From positions 15,314,001 through 15,378,000 of the forward strand of contig OZ059897.1 of the NCBI GenBank assembly GCA_964057225.1: 64,000 bases of DNA, written 5' to 3'. The notes below the pieces were generated by a model. The model did no database searches and had not been told where the DNA came from. It was given only the letters and a program-made list of their open reading frames with translations. Positions 1 through 12,283 of the stretch are shown here, in pieces (positions within the stretch are counted from its first letter, which is position 1; each line of letters begins with the position of its first letter). Position numbers and translations under genes: made by a program. This DNA is from Auanema rhodensis (taxonomy: Eukaryota > Animalia > Nematoda).

Positions 1-1349
1 AGTTTCGATACCAAGACTCAATGGAGCTACATCGACCAGGAGCACATCCTTTATTCCTTGATCTTGAATTCCGGAGAGCACAGCAGCTTGAACGGCAGCT
101 CCATAAGCGACAGCCTCATCAGGATTGATTGAACAATTGAGTTCACGACCGTTGAAGAAGTCTCGAAGAAGCTTCTGTACTCGAGGAATGCGAGTTGATC
201 CTCCAACGAGTACAATCTCGTGAATCTTGGATTTATCCAACTTGGCATCTGATAAGGCTCTTTCCACGGAATCTAAGGTTGAGCGGAACAAGTCGTTGCA
301 AAGTTCTTCGAATCGTGCTCTGGTTAGAGTAGAGCAGAAGTCGATGCCTTCATATAGGGAATCAACTTCAACAATGGCTTCAACAGAGCTCGAAAGAGTT
401 CTCTTGGCACGTTCGCAGGCAGTACGAAGTCTTCTGAGAGCTCGAGGATTCGAAGTGATGTCCTTGTTGTGTTTTCTCTTGAATTCAGCGACAAAGTGTT
501 GAAGAAGTCTCTGATCAAAGTCTTCTCCTCCAAGATGGGTGTTTCCGGAAGTTGAGAGAACTTCAAAGAGGGATCCCTCGCAAATCTGGAGAATGGAGAC
601 ATCGAAAGTTCCACCTCCGAGATCAAAGATGAGGACGTTGCGGTCTCCATCCATGCTCTTATCCAAGCCATAAGCAAGAGCAGCAGCTGTTGGTTCATTC
701 ACGATCCTGATAGCATTTAAACCAGCGATGGTAGCAGCATCCTTAGTTGCCTGACGTTGACTGTCATTGAAGTAGGCTGGAACGGTGATAACAGCATCTC
801 TCACAGAGTGTCCAAGATATGTTTCAGCAGTTTCTTTCATCTTAGTGAGGACCATGGCAGAGATTTCTTCAGGATTAAATTGGCGTTTCTCAGCCTTATA
901 TTCAACCTAAAACATAGAAATCAGTCGCGTTCATTGAAAATGAGTAAAATTGAAAAGAAAATTGGAAAGTCTGAATTTACTTACCTCTATTACTGGTTTT
1001 CCACCTTTGTTTTTAACAGCGAACGGCAAATTCTTGAGATCATCTTGGATTTGAGAATCATTGAATTGGCGACCAATCAATCGCTTTGCATCGAATACAG
1101 TACCCTGTGGATTACGGGCAGCTTGGTCCTTGGCTCCGTCACCAACTAATCGTTCAGAATCAGTGAAAGCTACATATGAGGGAGTGGTCTTATTTCCTTG
1201 ATCATTAGCTATGATTTCAACCTAAACAATCAAATTGAAATTTAAAGTTCATAAACTAAGAAAATTCAACTTACTTTTCCGTTTTGATAGACGGCTACAC
1301 AAGAATAGGTAGTCCCAAGATCAATTCCAATGGCTTTTGATGTCGACAT
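1..1349 (-). CDS. hsp-70: Cytosolic heat-inducible Hsp70, 5' part (copy 0; runs off the window)
   Basis: Reverse complement of 3803-5151 (mirror ORF coordinates sum to 5152). ATG at 1349 gives [18 protein letters not shown], with the same introns as the plus-strand copy. Confidence 0.96.
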
Positions 1350-1468
1350 TTTGGAATATCAATTGAATATAAAGAGTAAATGATAATAGTTTTGAATAGC
1401 AGTTGTAGAATGTAGATATCAGATAATTTTCTGAGATTCTGGGGTGCTGAATGATTGAACCACGGTTC

Positions 1469-1625
1469 TTATATATCAAAATTGGAGAATTATCGCGCTC
1501 TTTCGCGAAAGTTCTTCTGCGCTCTCTCATAAGCACACACTCTCTCGCACTTATCTAACATGACTCAGCCACAACAACAAGATGATGCTAGAAATTTCTC
1601 GGTCATTCTAGCTTATTCAAGAATC
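1469..1625 (-). promoter_or_regulatory. hsp70 promoter of copy 0: TATA, proximal HSE (1501-1515), TGAGTCA, distal HSE-like array
   Basis: Mirror image of the promoter at 3538-3683. Confidence 0.8.
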
Positions 1626-2003
1626 TTTTTTTTTCAAAATACTATCAAAATACATACAAACAAGTGCATTCAAAAGGAATAAAAAAATAATCCGTCATAA
1701 GTCTCATAATTTCCAAAATTATTCATTTGTTTGCTTTCTTTTTACTATAGAAGTCTTAGAAAAATGGTTATTAAGTCTAAGAACTGTTGGAAATACTGGA
1801 TAAATACTTAATAGAATCAAATCAATGAAACAAATCGTAAAATTATAAAAATAGATAATATTAGAGGAAACCCGGAACCTTCATTTTCTTTATCAAATCA
1901 TTTTGTTATTAGTGTCTGATGTAACATTAGAATTTAGTTATACTTAAAAGTTCTAAGCTTTTCTAAAATATTTATTAAGATTCATTGTTTTCAGACAAAC
2001 ATT

Positions 2004-3058
2004 ATGCTCAAATTATTTCTTTTGTTAATATGTTCTACTTCTATTGTAAGTTTTATAATTTCTTCTCAAAAGCATTATAATTAGAGTAAAATTAAATGTT
2101 CCGGGTTTTAGTCAGCTCAAGCGCTTGCTTTTGATTTCTCTCAACCAGCAAGCATTCAACAAATTCGACAAGTGGGACAAGATTCTGGAAGTATTATTAT
2201 AAGGTTTCTTAGACGATATTTTCATTTCTTAAGATAATATTATATTTTGAAGAGCACTTGCACCAACAGGACTGTTTGATACAAATGCTTGTAACAATAT
2301 TATTCATTCAGAATTCGGTAAAAGAAAATATCAAAATCATATCATACATCATAGATCACATGACAAAATTTTTCAGCACGAGTAAAAACATCAGTTTATA
2401 TGAGTCCATCACCAAGTGCTGATGCTAAACATCAAGTCGATTTATTAAATGAAGGATTATATGGTTGTAATATGATGTATAAATCATATTGGCTTCAAGT
2501 AATAACATATATTTGGAAAGTATTTCAAATGAAAAACAATCATTCAGGTTATCAATCCACTAAGATGGAAGGATGTAGCATCAAATATTAAATTTATTAC
2601 GGAAATTATAAACGTATCTCATAATGTATATAATCTTATCGAGATATATGTGAATTTATTTAAATATCTTTAGGTTTATCGTCAAACTGTTGGTATCTTT
2701 ACAACTATTGATGATTGGAATAAGATTACCGGTGGAGCAAATATAACTGAATCATCTGGTTTATATCATCCACTTTGGTAACTATGAGAATAATTTTTAT
2801 AAAATAACAAGAATTATTGCTATTGAAGGTATAAAGGAATAACAAATGAAACGAACTTTGATGATTTCAAGAGTTTTGGAGGATGGATTGCACCTTATAT
2901 GAAACAATATCAAACAGGAGTTGTAGACGCTCAAATCGTAGGAAACAGGTTTGAAGAAATTTCAAAACATATTTTTCTCCATTTGTTATTTCAGAAATTT
3001 GTATGAGCAGAATGATTTTATTACAAATGGTCAGTTCTTCGGAGAGAAACTTCAATAA
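2004..3058 (+). CDS. Secreted protist-type (GH25-like) lysozyme-like protein, multi-exon
   Basis: Spliced by eye: signal peptide MLKLFLLLICSTSI, then ALAFDFSQPAS, RALAPTGLFDTNACNNI, VYMSP, YWLQV, VGIFTTIDDWNKITG, HPLWY, NFDDFKSFGGWIAPYMKQY, ending GEKLQ*. These are hallmark nematode LYS-family motifs. Confidence 0.88.
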
Positions 3059-3537
3059 TTCAAAAACATAGTACTGAGTTTTAAAAAAAATAAATTTTTT
3101 TTCTTTTTTGTTAGAAAATTTAAATATTTTCATTTAACATTATTCATAAGATACACAAAAAAATAGAGATCATTGAAAATACGACAATAAATCTGAAACA
3201 ATAAAACTTTTTTCCCAAAAATCACATATTAAGAAGTATGAATGCATGGATTGTTTAAAGTCATCACTAAATATAAGCACAAATTTATATAATCTGAAAA
3301 GAAAAGGATTATTTTACTATTCCTCACAAATTTTCTCGGCATTTTCAATATACAGATCATGAGAAATTTTGCGTTGAAAAGAGGAGAAACATTTGTGAGT
3401 GTTTTGAAACATATTTTCTTTATATAACATTTTAGCGTTAATACTCGTTTTTCCAAAGTGCAAATCTCCAAAACACATCCAAGTTTTTCTATTTTTAACC
3501 ATAGCGACGGGAAAGTACAACCTTGTTTTCGAGAAGA

Positions 3538-3683
3538 AAGCTAGAATGACCGAGAAATTTCTAGCATCATCTTGTTGTTGTGGCTGAGTCATGTTAGATA
3601 AGTGCGAGAGAGTGTGTGCTTATGAGAGAGCGCAGAAGAACTTTCGCGAAAGAGCGCGATAATTCTCCAATTTTGATATATAA
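3538..3683 (+). promoter_or_regulatory. hsp70 promoter: perfect 3-unit HSE aGAActTTCgcGAAa (3637-3651), TATATAA (3677-3683), distal aGAAatTTCta, AP-1-like TGAGTCA (3585-3591), GATA site
   Basis: Canonical nGAAnnTTCnnGAAn about 25 bp upstream of a TATA box. The HSE recurs at 6821-6835, 10005-10019 and 13189-13203. Confidence 0.85.
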
Positions 3684-3802
3684 GAACCGTGGTTCAATCA
3701 TTCAGCACCCCAGAATCTCAGAAAATTATCTGATATCTACATTCTACAACTGCTATTCAAAACTATTATCATTTACTCTTTATATTCAATTGATATTCCA
3801 AA

Positions 3803-5915
3803 ATGTCGACATCAAAAGCCATTGGAATTGATCTTGGGACTACCTATTCTTGTGTAGCCGTCTATCAAAACGGAAAAGTAAGTTGAATTTTCTTAGTTTA
3901 TGAACTTTAAATTTCAATTTGATTGTTTAGGTTGAAATCATAGCTAATGATCAAGGAAATAAGACCACTCCCTCATATGTAGCTTTCACTGATTCTGAAC
4001 GATTAGTTGGTGACGGAGCCAAGGACCAAGCTGCCCGTAATCCACAGGGTACTGTATTCGATGCAAAGCGATTGATTGGTCGCCAATTCAATGATTCTCA
4101 AATCCAAGATGATCTCAAGAATTTGCCGTTCGCTGTTAAAAACAAAGGTGGAAAACCAGTAATAGAGGTAAGTAAATTCAGACTTTCCAATTTTCTTTTC
4201 AATTTTACTCATTTTCAATGAACGCGACTGATTTCTATGTTTTAGGTTGAATATAAGGCTGAGAAACGCCAATTTAATCCTGAAGAAATCTCTGCCATGG
4301 TCCTCACTAAGATGAAAGAAACTGCTGAAACATATCTTGGACACTCTGTGAGAGATGCTGTTATCACCGTTCCAGCCTACTTCAATGACAGTCAACGTCA
4401 GGCAACTAAGGATGCTGCTACCATCGCTGGTTTAAATGCTATCAGGATCGTGAATGAACCAACAGCTGCTGCTCTTGCTTATGGCTTGGATAAGAGCATG
4501 GATGGAGACCGCAACGTCCTCATCTTTGATCTCGGAGGTGGAACTTTCGATGTCTCCATTCTCCAGATTTGCGAGGGATCCCTCTTTGAAGTTCTCTCAA
4601 CTTCCGGAAACACCCATCTTGGAGGAGAAGACTTTGATCAGAGACTTCTTCAACACTTTGTCGCTGAATTCAAGAGAAAACACAACAAGGACATCACTTC
4701 GAATCCTCGAGCTCTCAGAAGACTTCGTACTGCCTGCGAACGTGCCAAGAGAACTCTTTCGAGCTCTGTTGAAGCCATTGTTGAAGTTGATTCCCTATAT
4801 GAAGGCATCGACTTCTGCTCTACTCTAACCAGAGCACGATTCGAAGAACTTTGCAACGACTTGTTCCGCTCAACCTTAGATTCCGTGGAAAGAGCCTTAT
4901 CAGATGCCAAGTTGGATAAATCCAAGATTCACGAGATTGTACTCGTTGGAGGATCAACTCGCATTCCTCGAGTACAGAAGCTTCTTCGAGACTTCTTCAA
5001 CGGTCGTGAACTCAATTGTTCAATCAATCCTGATGAGGCTGTCGCTTATGGAGCTGCCGTTCAAGCTGCTGTGCTCTCCGGAATTCAAGATCAAGGAATA
5101 AAGGATGTGCTCCTGGTCGATGTAGCTCCATTGAGTCTTGGTATCGAAACTGCTGGAGGAATTATGACCAACATCATCGAACGAAACACTCGTATTCCTA
5201 CCAAATCTAGCAAGATCTTTTCAACCTATTCTGATAATCAACCTGGAGTCACTATTCAAGTATTCGAAGGAGAACGTGCTATGACTCGTGACAACCACAG
5301 TCTGGGATTGTTTGAGCTTTCTGGAATCCCTCCTGCTCCAAGAGGTGTTCCTCAGATCGAAGTAACCTTCAACGTCGATGCTAACGGAATCCTGAACGTC
5401 AGCGCTGAGGACAAGTCTACCGGAAAACGCAATCAAATCACCATCAAGAACGAGAAAGGACGTCTGAGTCAAGCTGAGATTGAACGCATGCTGAGTGATG
5501 CGAAGAAGTTTGAGCATGAAGACAACATGACCCGTAATCGTACGACCGCTCGTAACAAGTTGGAATCCTATACTTATCAAGTAAGTTAACTTATATCATA
5601 TAGTTGAATTGATCTTATATTCTTTCTTTCCAGATAACTCAAGCACTAGATGAGCATGCAAACAAGTTGTCTTCTGAGGATCGTAATCGAGCACGAGCAG
5701 CTTGTGATGACACAATCAGATGGATTGATTCTAACCAAACTGCTGAGGTTGATGAATATGAGCACAAGCAGAAGGAGTTGGAACAGATTTGCCAATCTAT
5801 CATGGCTAAGATTCATCAAGCTGGATCACAGTCTTGTGGTAACCAACAGACCAACACAGGCTTCTCACCAGGAAATCATCCATCCAGTGGACCAACAGTC
5901 GAAGAAGTCGACTAA
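3803..5915 (+). CDS. hsp-70: Cytosolic heat-inducible Hsp70 copy 1 (about 642 aa; exons 3803-3877, 3931-4167, 4246-5580, 5634-5915)
   Basis: [46 protein letters not shown] and C-terminal GPTVEEVD, with three GT-AG introns. Resembles the C. elegans F44E5.4/5 and hsp-70 inducible class. Confidence 0.97.
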
Positions 5916-6385
5916 GTTTTAATGATTTACCTCGTTAGTCCTGTAAATATTTGCTTTTACCATGACGTTCCATTACTATACGGGTGTTTTAACTTATGTG
6001 TTTCCGTTGTATAGTATAGAATAACTTTATTAGTTTGAATTGTTAGTTTATATATGTATATTACTATGTTGTATATATAGTTGTTTTATAATAAATGTAT
6101 TTTTATTAAATTTTTAAATATTTAAGAAACACAACCGTTTTCTCCAAATAACATTTTCAAAATGAAACTTTTTTCTTTTTTTTCAAAATTTTATGTTAAT
6201 TTTTCATTTCTTTTTCATTATTTACGTCACTTGTCACGTAAATAACTAATTTACAATTCGATTTATCAATAATGAAAATCGATATTCTTTGCTTATTTTG
6301 TTTTGTGAACAATTTAAAATAATCTTTATTTTCATGGCCATGATACAAAATATAGTAAGTTAAGTAAGAATATTGTGAGTCCAAT

Positions 6386-6650
6386 TTATAATACGTGGAC
6401 TTTGCCTAATGCTTCCTCTAATGTGGTAATTTCGCCTATAATGATTACAACTTAAAATGAGTTTTGAAATGTAGAAAAACTCACTCTTGATCTCACGAGC
6501 CAGTCTCTGAATCTCAGAAACCTTATCCAACACCTCAACACGTTGAGTGTAAGCGTTATAACGAACTTGGAAAGGGCGTGGAATAGTAGAAGCCCAAGCC
6601 CTGTGGCTCAAATGGCTCAACTCTTGGCCGAAAATATTAATAAATATTAT
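6386..6650 (-). pseudogene. pah-1 3' fragment 1 (last two exons plus a deleted remnant of the previous exon)
   Basis: [26 protein letters not shown] and [15 protein letters not shown], as at 15938-16156. No upstream exons are present. Confidence 0.9.
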
Positions 6651-6986
6651 TTTTTATTCCTTTTGAATGCCTTTATTTGTATGTATTTTGATAGTATTTT
6701 GAAAAAAAAAGATTCTTGAATAAGCTAGAATGACCGAGAAATTTCTAGCATCATCTTGTTGTTGTGGCTGAGTCATGTTAGATAAGTGCGAGAGAGTGTG
6801 TGCTTATGAGAGAGCGCAGAAGAACTTTCGCGAAAGAGCGCGATAATTCTCCAATTTTGATATATAAGAACCGTGGTTCAATCATTCAGCACCCCAGAAT
6901 CTCAGAAAATTATCTGATATCTACATTCTACAACTGCTATTCAAAACTATTATCATTTACTCTTTATATTCAATTGATATTCCAAA

Positions 6987-9099
6987 ATGTCGACATCAAA
7001 AGCCATTGGAATTGATCTTGGGACTACCTATTCTTGTGTAGCCGTCTATCAAAACGGAAAAGTAAGTTGAATTTTCTTAGTTTATGAACTTTAAATTTCA
7101 ATTTGATTGTTTAGGTTGAAATCATAGCTAATGATCAAGGAAATAAGACCACTCCCTCATATGTAGCTTTCACTGATTCTGAACGATTAGTTGGTGACGG
7201 AGCCAAGGACCAAGCTGCCCGTAATCCACAGGGTACTGTATTCGATGCAAAGCGATTGATTGGTCGCCAATTCAATGATTCTCAAATCCAAGATGATCTC
7301 AAGAATTTGCCGTTCGCTGTTAAAAACAAAGGTGGAAAACCAGTAATAGAGGTAAGTAAATTCAGACTTTCCAATTTTCTTTTCAATTTTACTCATTTTC
7401 AATGAACGCGACTGATTTCTATGTTTTAGGTTGAATATAAGGCTGAGAAACGCCAATTTAATCCTGAAGAAATCTCTGCCATGGTCCTCACTAAGATGAA
7501 AGAAACTGCTGAAACATATCTTGGACACTCTGTGAGAGATGCTGTTATCACCGTTCCAGCCTACTTCAATGACAGTCAACGTCAGGCAACTAAGGATGCT
7601 GCTACCATCGCTGGTTTAAATGCTATCAGGATCGTGAATGAACCAACAGCTGCTGCTCTTGCTTATGGCTTGGATAAGAGCATGGATGGAGACCGCAACG
7701 TCCTCATCTTTGATCTCGGAGGTGGAACTTTCGATGTCTCCATTCTCCAGATTTGCGAGGGATCCCTCTTTGAAGTTCTCTCAACTTCCGGAAACACCCA
7801 TCTTGGAGGAGAAGACTTTGATCAGAGACTTCTTCAACACTTTGTCGCTGAATTCAAGAGAAAACACAACAAGGACATCACTTCGAATCCTCGAGCTCTC
7901 AGAAGACTTCGTACTGCCTGCGAACGTGCCAAGAGAACTCTTTCGAGCTCTGTTGAAGCCATTGTTGAAGTTGATTCCCTATATGAAGGCATCGACTTCT
8001 GCTCTACTCTAACCAGAGCACGATTCGAAGAACTTTGCAACGACTTGTTCCGCTCAACCTTAGATTCCGTGGAAAGAGCCTTATCAGATGCCAAGTTGGA
8101 TAAATCCAAGATTCACGAGATTGTACTCGTTGGAGGATCAACTCGCATTCCTCGAGTACAGAAGCTTCTTCGAGACTTCTTCAACGGTCGTGAACTCAAT
8201 TGTTCAATCAATCCTGATGAGGCTGTCGCTTATGGAGCTGCCGTTCAAGCTGCTGTGCTCTCCGGAATTCAAGATCAAGGAATAAAGGATGTGCTCCTGG
8301 TCGATGTAGCTCCATTGAGTCTTGGTATCGAAACTGCTGGAGGAATTATGACCAACATCATCGAACGAAACACTCGTATTCCTACCAAATCTAGCAAGAT
8401 CTTTTCAACCTATTCTGATAATCAACCTGGAGTCACTATTCAAGTATTCGAAGGAGAACGTGCTATGACTCGTGACAACCACAGTCTGGGATTGTTTGAG
8501 CTTTCTGGAATCCCTCCTGCTCCAAGAGGTGTTCCTCAGATCGAAGTAACCTTCAACGTCGATGCTAACGGAATCCTGAACGTCAGCGCTGAGGACAAGT
8601 CTACCGGAAAACGCAATCAAATCACCATCAAGAACGAGAAAGGACGTCTGAGTCAAGCTGAGATTGAACGCATGCTGAGTGATGCGAAGAAGTTTGAGCA
8701 TGAAGACAACATGACCCGTAATCGTACGACCGCTCGTAACAAGTTGGAATCCTATACTTATCAAGTAAGTTAACTTATATCATATAGTTGAATTGATCTT
8801 ATATTCTTTCTTTCCAGATAACTCAAGCACTAGATGAGCATGCAAACAAGTTGTCTTCTGAGGATCGTAATCGAGCACGAGCAGCTTGTGATGACACAAT
8901 CAGATGGATTGATTCTAACCAAACTGCTGAGGTTGATGAATATGAGCACAAGCAGAAGGAGTTGGAACAGATTTGCCAATCTATCATGGCTAAGATTCAT
9001 CAAGCTGGATCACAGTCTTGTGGTAACCAACAGACCAACACAGGCTTCTCACCAGGAAATCATCCATCCAGTGGACCAACAGTCGAAGAAGTCGACTAA
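6987..9099 (+). CDS. hsp-70: Hsp70 copy 2
   Basis: Same translation and introns as copy 1 (+3184). Confidence 0.95.
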
Positions 9100-9569
9100 G
9101 TTTTAATGATTTACCTCGTTAGTCCTGTAAATATTTGCTTTTACCATGACGTTCCATTACTATACGGGTGTTTTAACTTATGTGTTTCCGTTGTATAGTA
9201 TAGAATAACTTTATTAGTTTGAATTGTTAGTTTATATATGTATATTACTATGTTGTATATATAGTTGTTTTATAATAAATGTATTTTTATTAAATTTTTA
9301 AATATTTAAGAAACACAACCGTTTTCTCCAAATAACATTTTCAAAATGAAACTTTTTTCTTTTTTTTCAAAATTTTATGTTAATTTTTCATTTCTTTTTC
9401 ATTATTTACGTCACTTGTCACGTAAATAACTAATTTACAATTCGATTTATCAATAATGAAAATCGATATTCTTTGCTTATTTTGTTTTGTGAACAATTTA
9501 AAATAATCTTTATTTTCATGGCCATGATACAAAATATAGTAAGTTAAGTAAGAATATTGTGAGTCCAAT

Positions 9570-9834
9570 TTATAATACGTGGACTTTGCCTAATGCTTCC
9601 TCTAATGTGGTAATTTCGCCTATAATGATTACAACTTAAAATGAGTTTTGAAATGTAGAAAAACTCACTCTTGATCTCACGAGCCAGTCTCTGAATCTCA
9701 GAAACCTTATCCAACACCTCAACACGTTGAGTGTAAGCGTTATAACGAACTTGGAAAGGGCGTGGAATAGTAGAAGCCCAAGCCCTGTGGCTCAAATGGC
9801 TCAACTCTTGGCCGAAAATATTAATAAATATTAT
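9570..9834 (-). pseudogene. pah-1 3' fragment 2
   Basis: As fragment 1, +3184. Confidence 0.9.
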
Positions 9835-10170
9835 TTTTTATTCCTTTTGAATGCCTTTATTTGTATGTATTTTGATAGTATTTTGAAAAAAAAAGATTCT
9901 TGAATAAGCTAGAATGACCGAGAAATTTCTAGCATCATCTTGTTGTTGTGGCTGAGTCATGTTAGATAAGTGCGAGAGAGTGTGTGCTTATGAGAGAGCG
10001 CAGAAGAACTTTCGCGAAAGAGCGCGATAATTCTCCAATTTTGATATATAAGAACCGTGGTTCAATCATTCAGCACCCCAGAATCTCAGAAAATTATCTG
10101 ATATCTACATTCTACAACTGCTATTCAAAACTATTATCATTTACTCTTTATATTCAATTGATATTCCAAA

Positions 10171-12283
10171 ATGTCGACATCAAAAGCCATTGGAATTGAT
10201 CTTGGGACTACCTATTCTTGTGTAGCCGTCTATCAAAACGGAAAAGTAAGTTGAATTTTCTTAGTTTATGAACTTTAAATTTCAATTTGATTGTTTAGGT
10301 TGAAATCATAGCTAATGATCAAGGAAATAAGACCACTCCCTCATATGTAGCTTTCACTGATTCTGAACGATTAGTTGGTGACGGAGCCAAGGACCAAGCT
10401 GCCCGTAATCCACAGGGTACTGTATTCGATGCAAAGCGATTGATTGGTCGCCAATTCAATGATTCTCAAATCCAAGATGATCTCAAGAATTTGCCGTTCG
10501 CTGTTAAAAACAAAGGTGGAAAACCAGTAATAGAGGTAAGTAAATTCAGACTTTCCAATTTTCTTTTCAATTTTACTCATTTTCAATGAACGCGACTGAT
10601 TTCTATGTTTTAGGTTGAATATAAGGCTGAGAAACGCCAATTTAATCCTGAAGAAATCTCTGCCATGGTCCTCACTAAGATGAAAGAAACTGCTGAAACA
10701 TATCTTGGACACTCTGTGAGAGATGCTGTTATCACCGTTCCAGCCTACTTCAATGACAGTCAACGTCAGGCAACTAAGGATGCTGCTACCATCGCTGGTT
10801 TAAATGCTATCAGGATCGTGAATGAACCAACAGCTGCTGCTCTTGCTTATGGCTTGGATAAGAGCATGGATGGAGACCGCAACGTCCTCATCTTTGATCT
10901 CGGAGGTGGAACTTTCGATGTCTCCATTCTCCAGATTTGCGAGGGATCCCTCTTTGAAGTTCTCTCAACTTCCGGAAACACCCATCTTGGAGGAGAAGAC
11001 TTTGATCAGAGACTTCTTCAACACTTTGTCGCTGAATTCAAGAGAAAACACAACAAGGACATCACTTCGAATCCTCGAGCTCTCAGAAGACTTCGTACTG
11101 CCTGCGAACGTGCCAAGAGAACTCTTTCGAGCTCTGTTGAAGCCATTGTTGAAGTTGATTCCCTATATGAAGGCATCGACTTCTGCTCTACTCTAACCAG
11201 AGCACGATTCGAAGAACTTTGCAACGACTTGTTCCGCTCAACCTTAGATTCCGTGGAAAGAGCCTTATCAGATGCCAAGTTGGATAAATCCAAGATTCAC
11301 GAGATTGTACTCGTTGGAGGATCAACTCGCATTCCTCGAGTACAGAAGCTTCTTCGAGACTTCTTCAACGGTCGTGAACTCAATTGTTCAATCAATCCTG
11401 ATGAGGCTGTCGCTTATGGAGCTGCCGTTCAAGCTGCTGTGCTCTCCGGAATTCAAGATCAAGGAATAAAGGATGTGCTCCTGGTCGATGTAGCTCCATT
11501 GAGTCTTGGTATCGAAACTGCTGGAGGAATTATGACCAACATCATCGAACGAAACACTCGTATTCCTACCAAATCTAGCAAGATCTTTTCAACCTATTCT
11601 GATAATCAACCTGGAGTCACTATTCAAGTATTCGAAGGAGAACGTGCTATGACTCGTGACAACCACAGTCTGGGATTGTTTGAGCTTTCTGGAATCCCTC
11701 CTGCTCCAAGAGGTGTTCCTCAGATCGAAGTAACCTTCAACGTCGATGCTAACGGAATCCTGAACGTCAGCGCTGAGGACAAGTCTACCGGAAAACGCAA
11801 TCAAATCACCATCAAGAACGAGAAAGGACGTCTGAGTCAAGCTGAGATTGAACGCATGCTGAGTGATGCGAAGAAGTTTGAGCATGAAGACAACATGACC
11901 CGTAATCGTACGACCGCTCGTAACAAGTTGGAATCCTATACTTATCAAGTAAGTTAACTTATATCATATAGTTGAATTGATCTTATATTCTTTCTTTCCA
12001 GATAACTCAAGCACTAGATGAGCATGCAAACAAGTTGTCTTCTGAGGATCGTAATCGAGCACGAGCAGCTTGTGATGACACAATCAGATGGATTGATTCT
12101 AACCAAACTGCTGAGGTTGATGAATATGAGCACAAGCAGAAGGAGTTGGAACAGATTTGCCAATCTATCATGGCTAAGATTCATCAAGCTGGATCACAGT
12201 CTTGTGGTAACCAACAGACCAACACAGGCTTCTCACCAGGAAATCATCCATCCAGTGGACCAACAGTCGAAGAAGTCGACTAA
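10171..12283 (+). CDS. hsp-70: Hsp70 copy 3
   Basis: Same as copy 1 (+6368). Confidence 0.95.

Larger units (their letters stand above)
1..5151. repeat. Inverted repeat: arms 1-1614 and 3538-5151, unique spacer 1615-3537
   Basis: Mirror ORFs 51..248/4904..5101, 757..1149/4003..4395 and 1321..1536/3616..3831. Homology ends at ctagctt (1608-1614) / aagctag (3538-3544). The left arm is cut off by the window edge. Confidence 0.96.

Noticed and set aside
4003-5580. Antisense and alternate-frame ORFs overlapping hsp70 (130, 124, 119, 91 and 65 aa) and their copies
   Set aside because: These are shadow ORFs produced by hsp70 codon bias. Some cross introns, and they recur only because the DNA is repeated.
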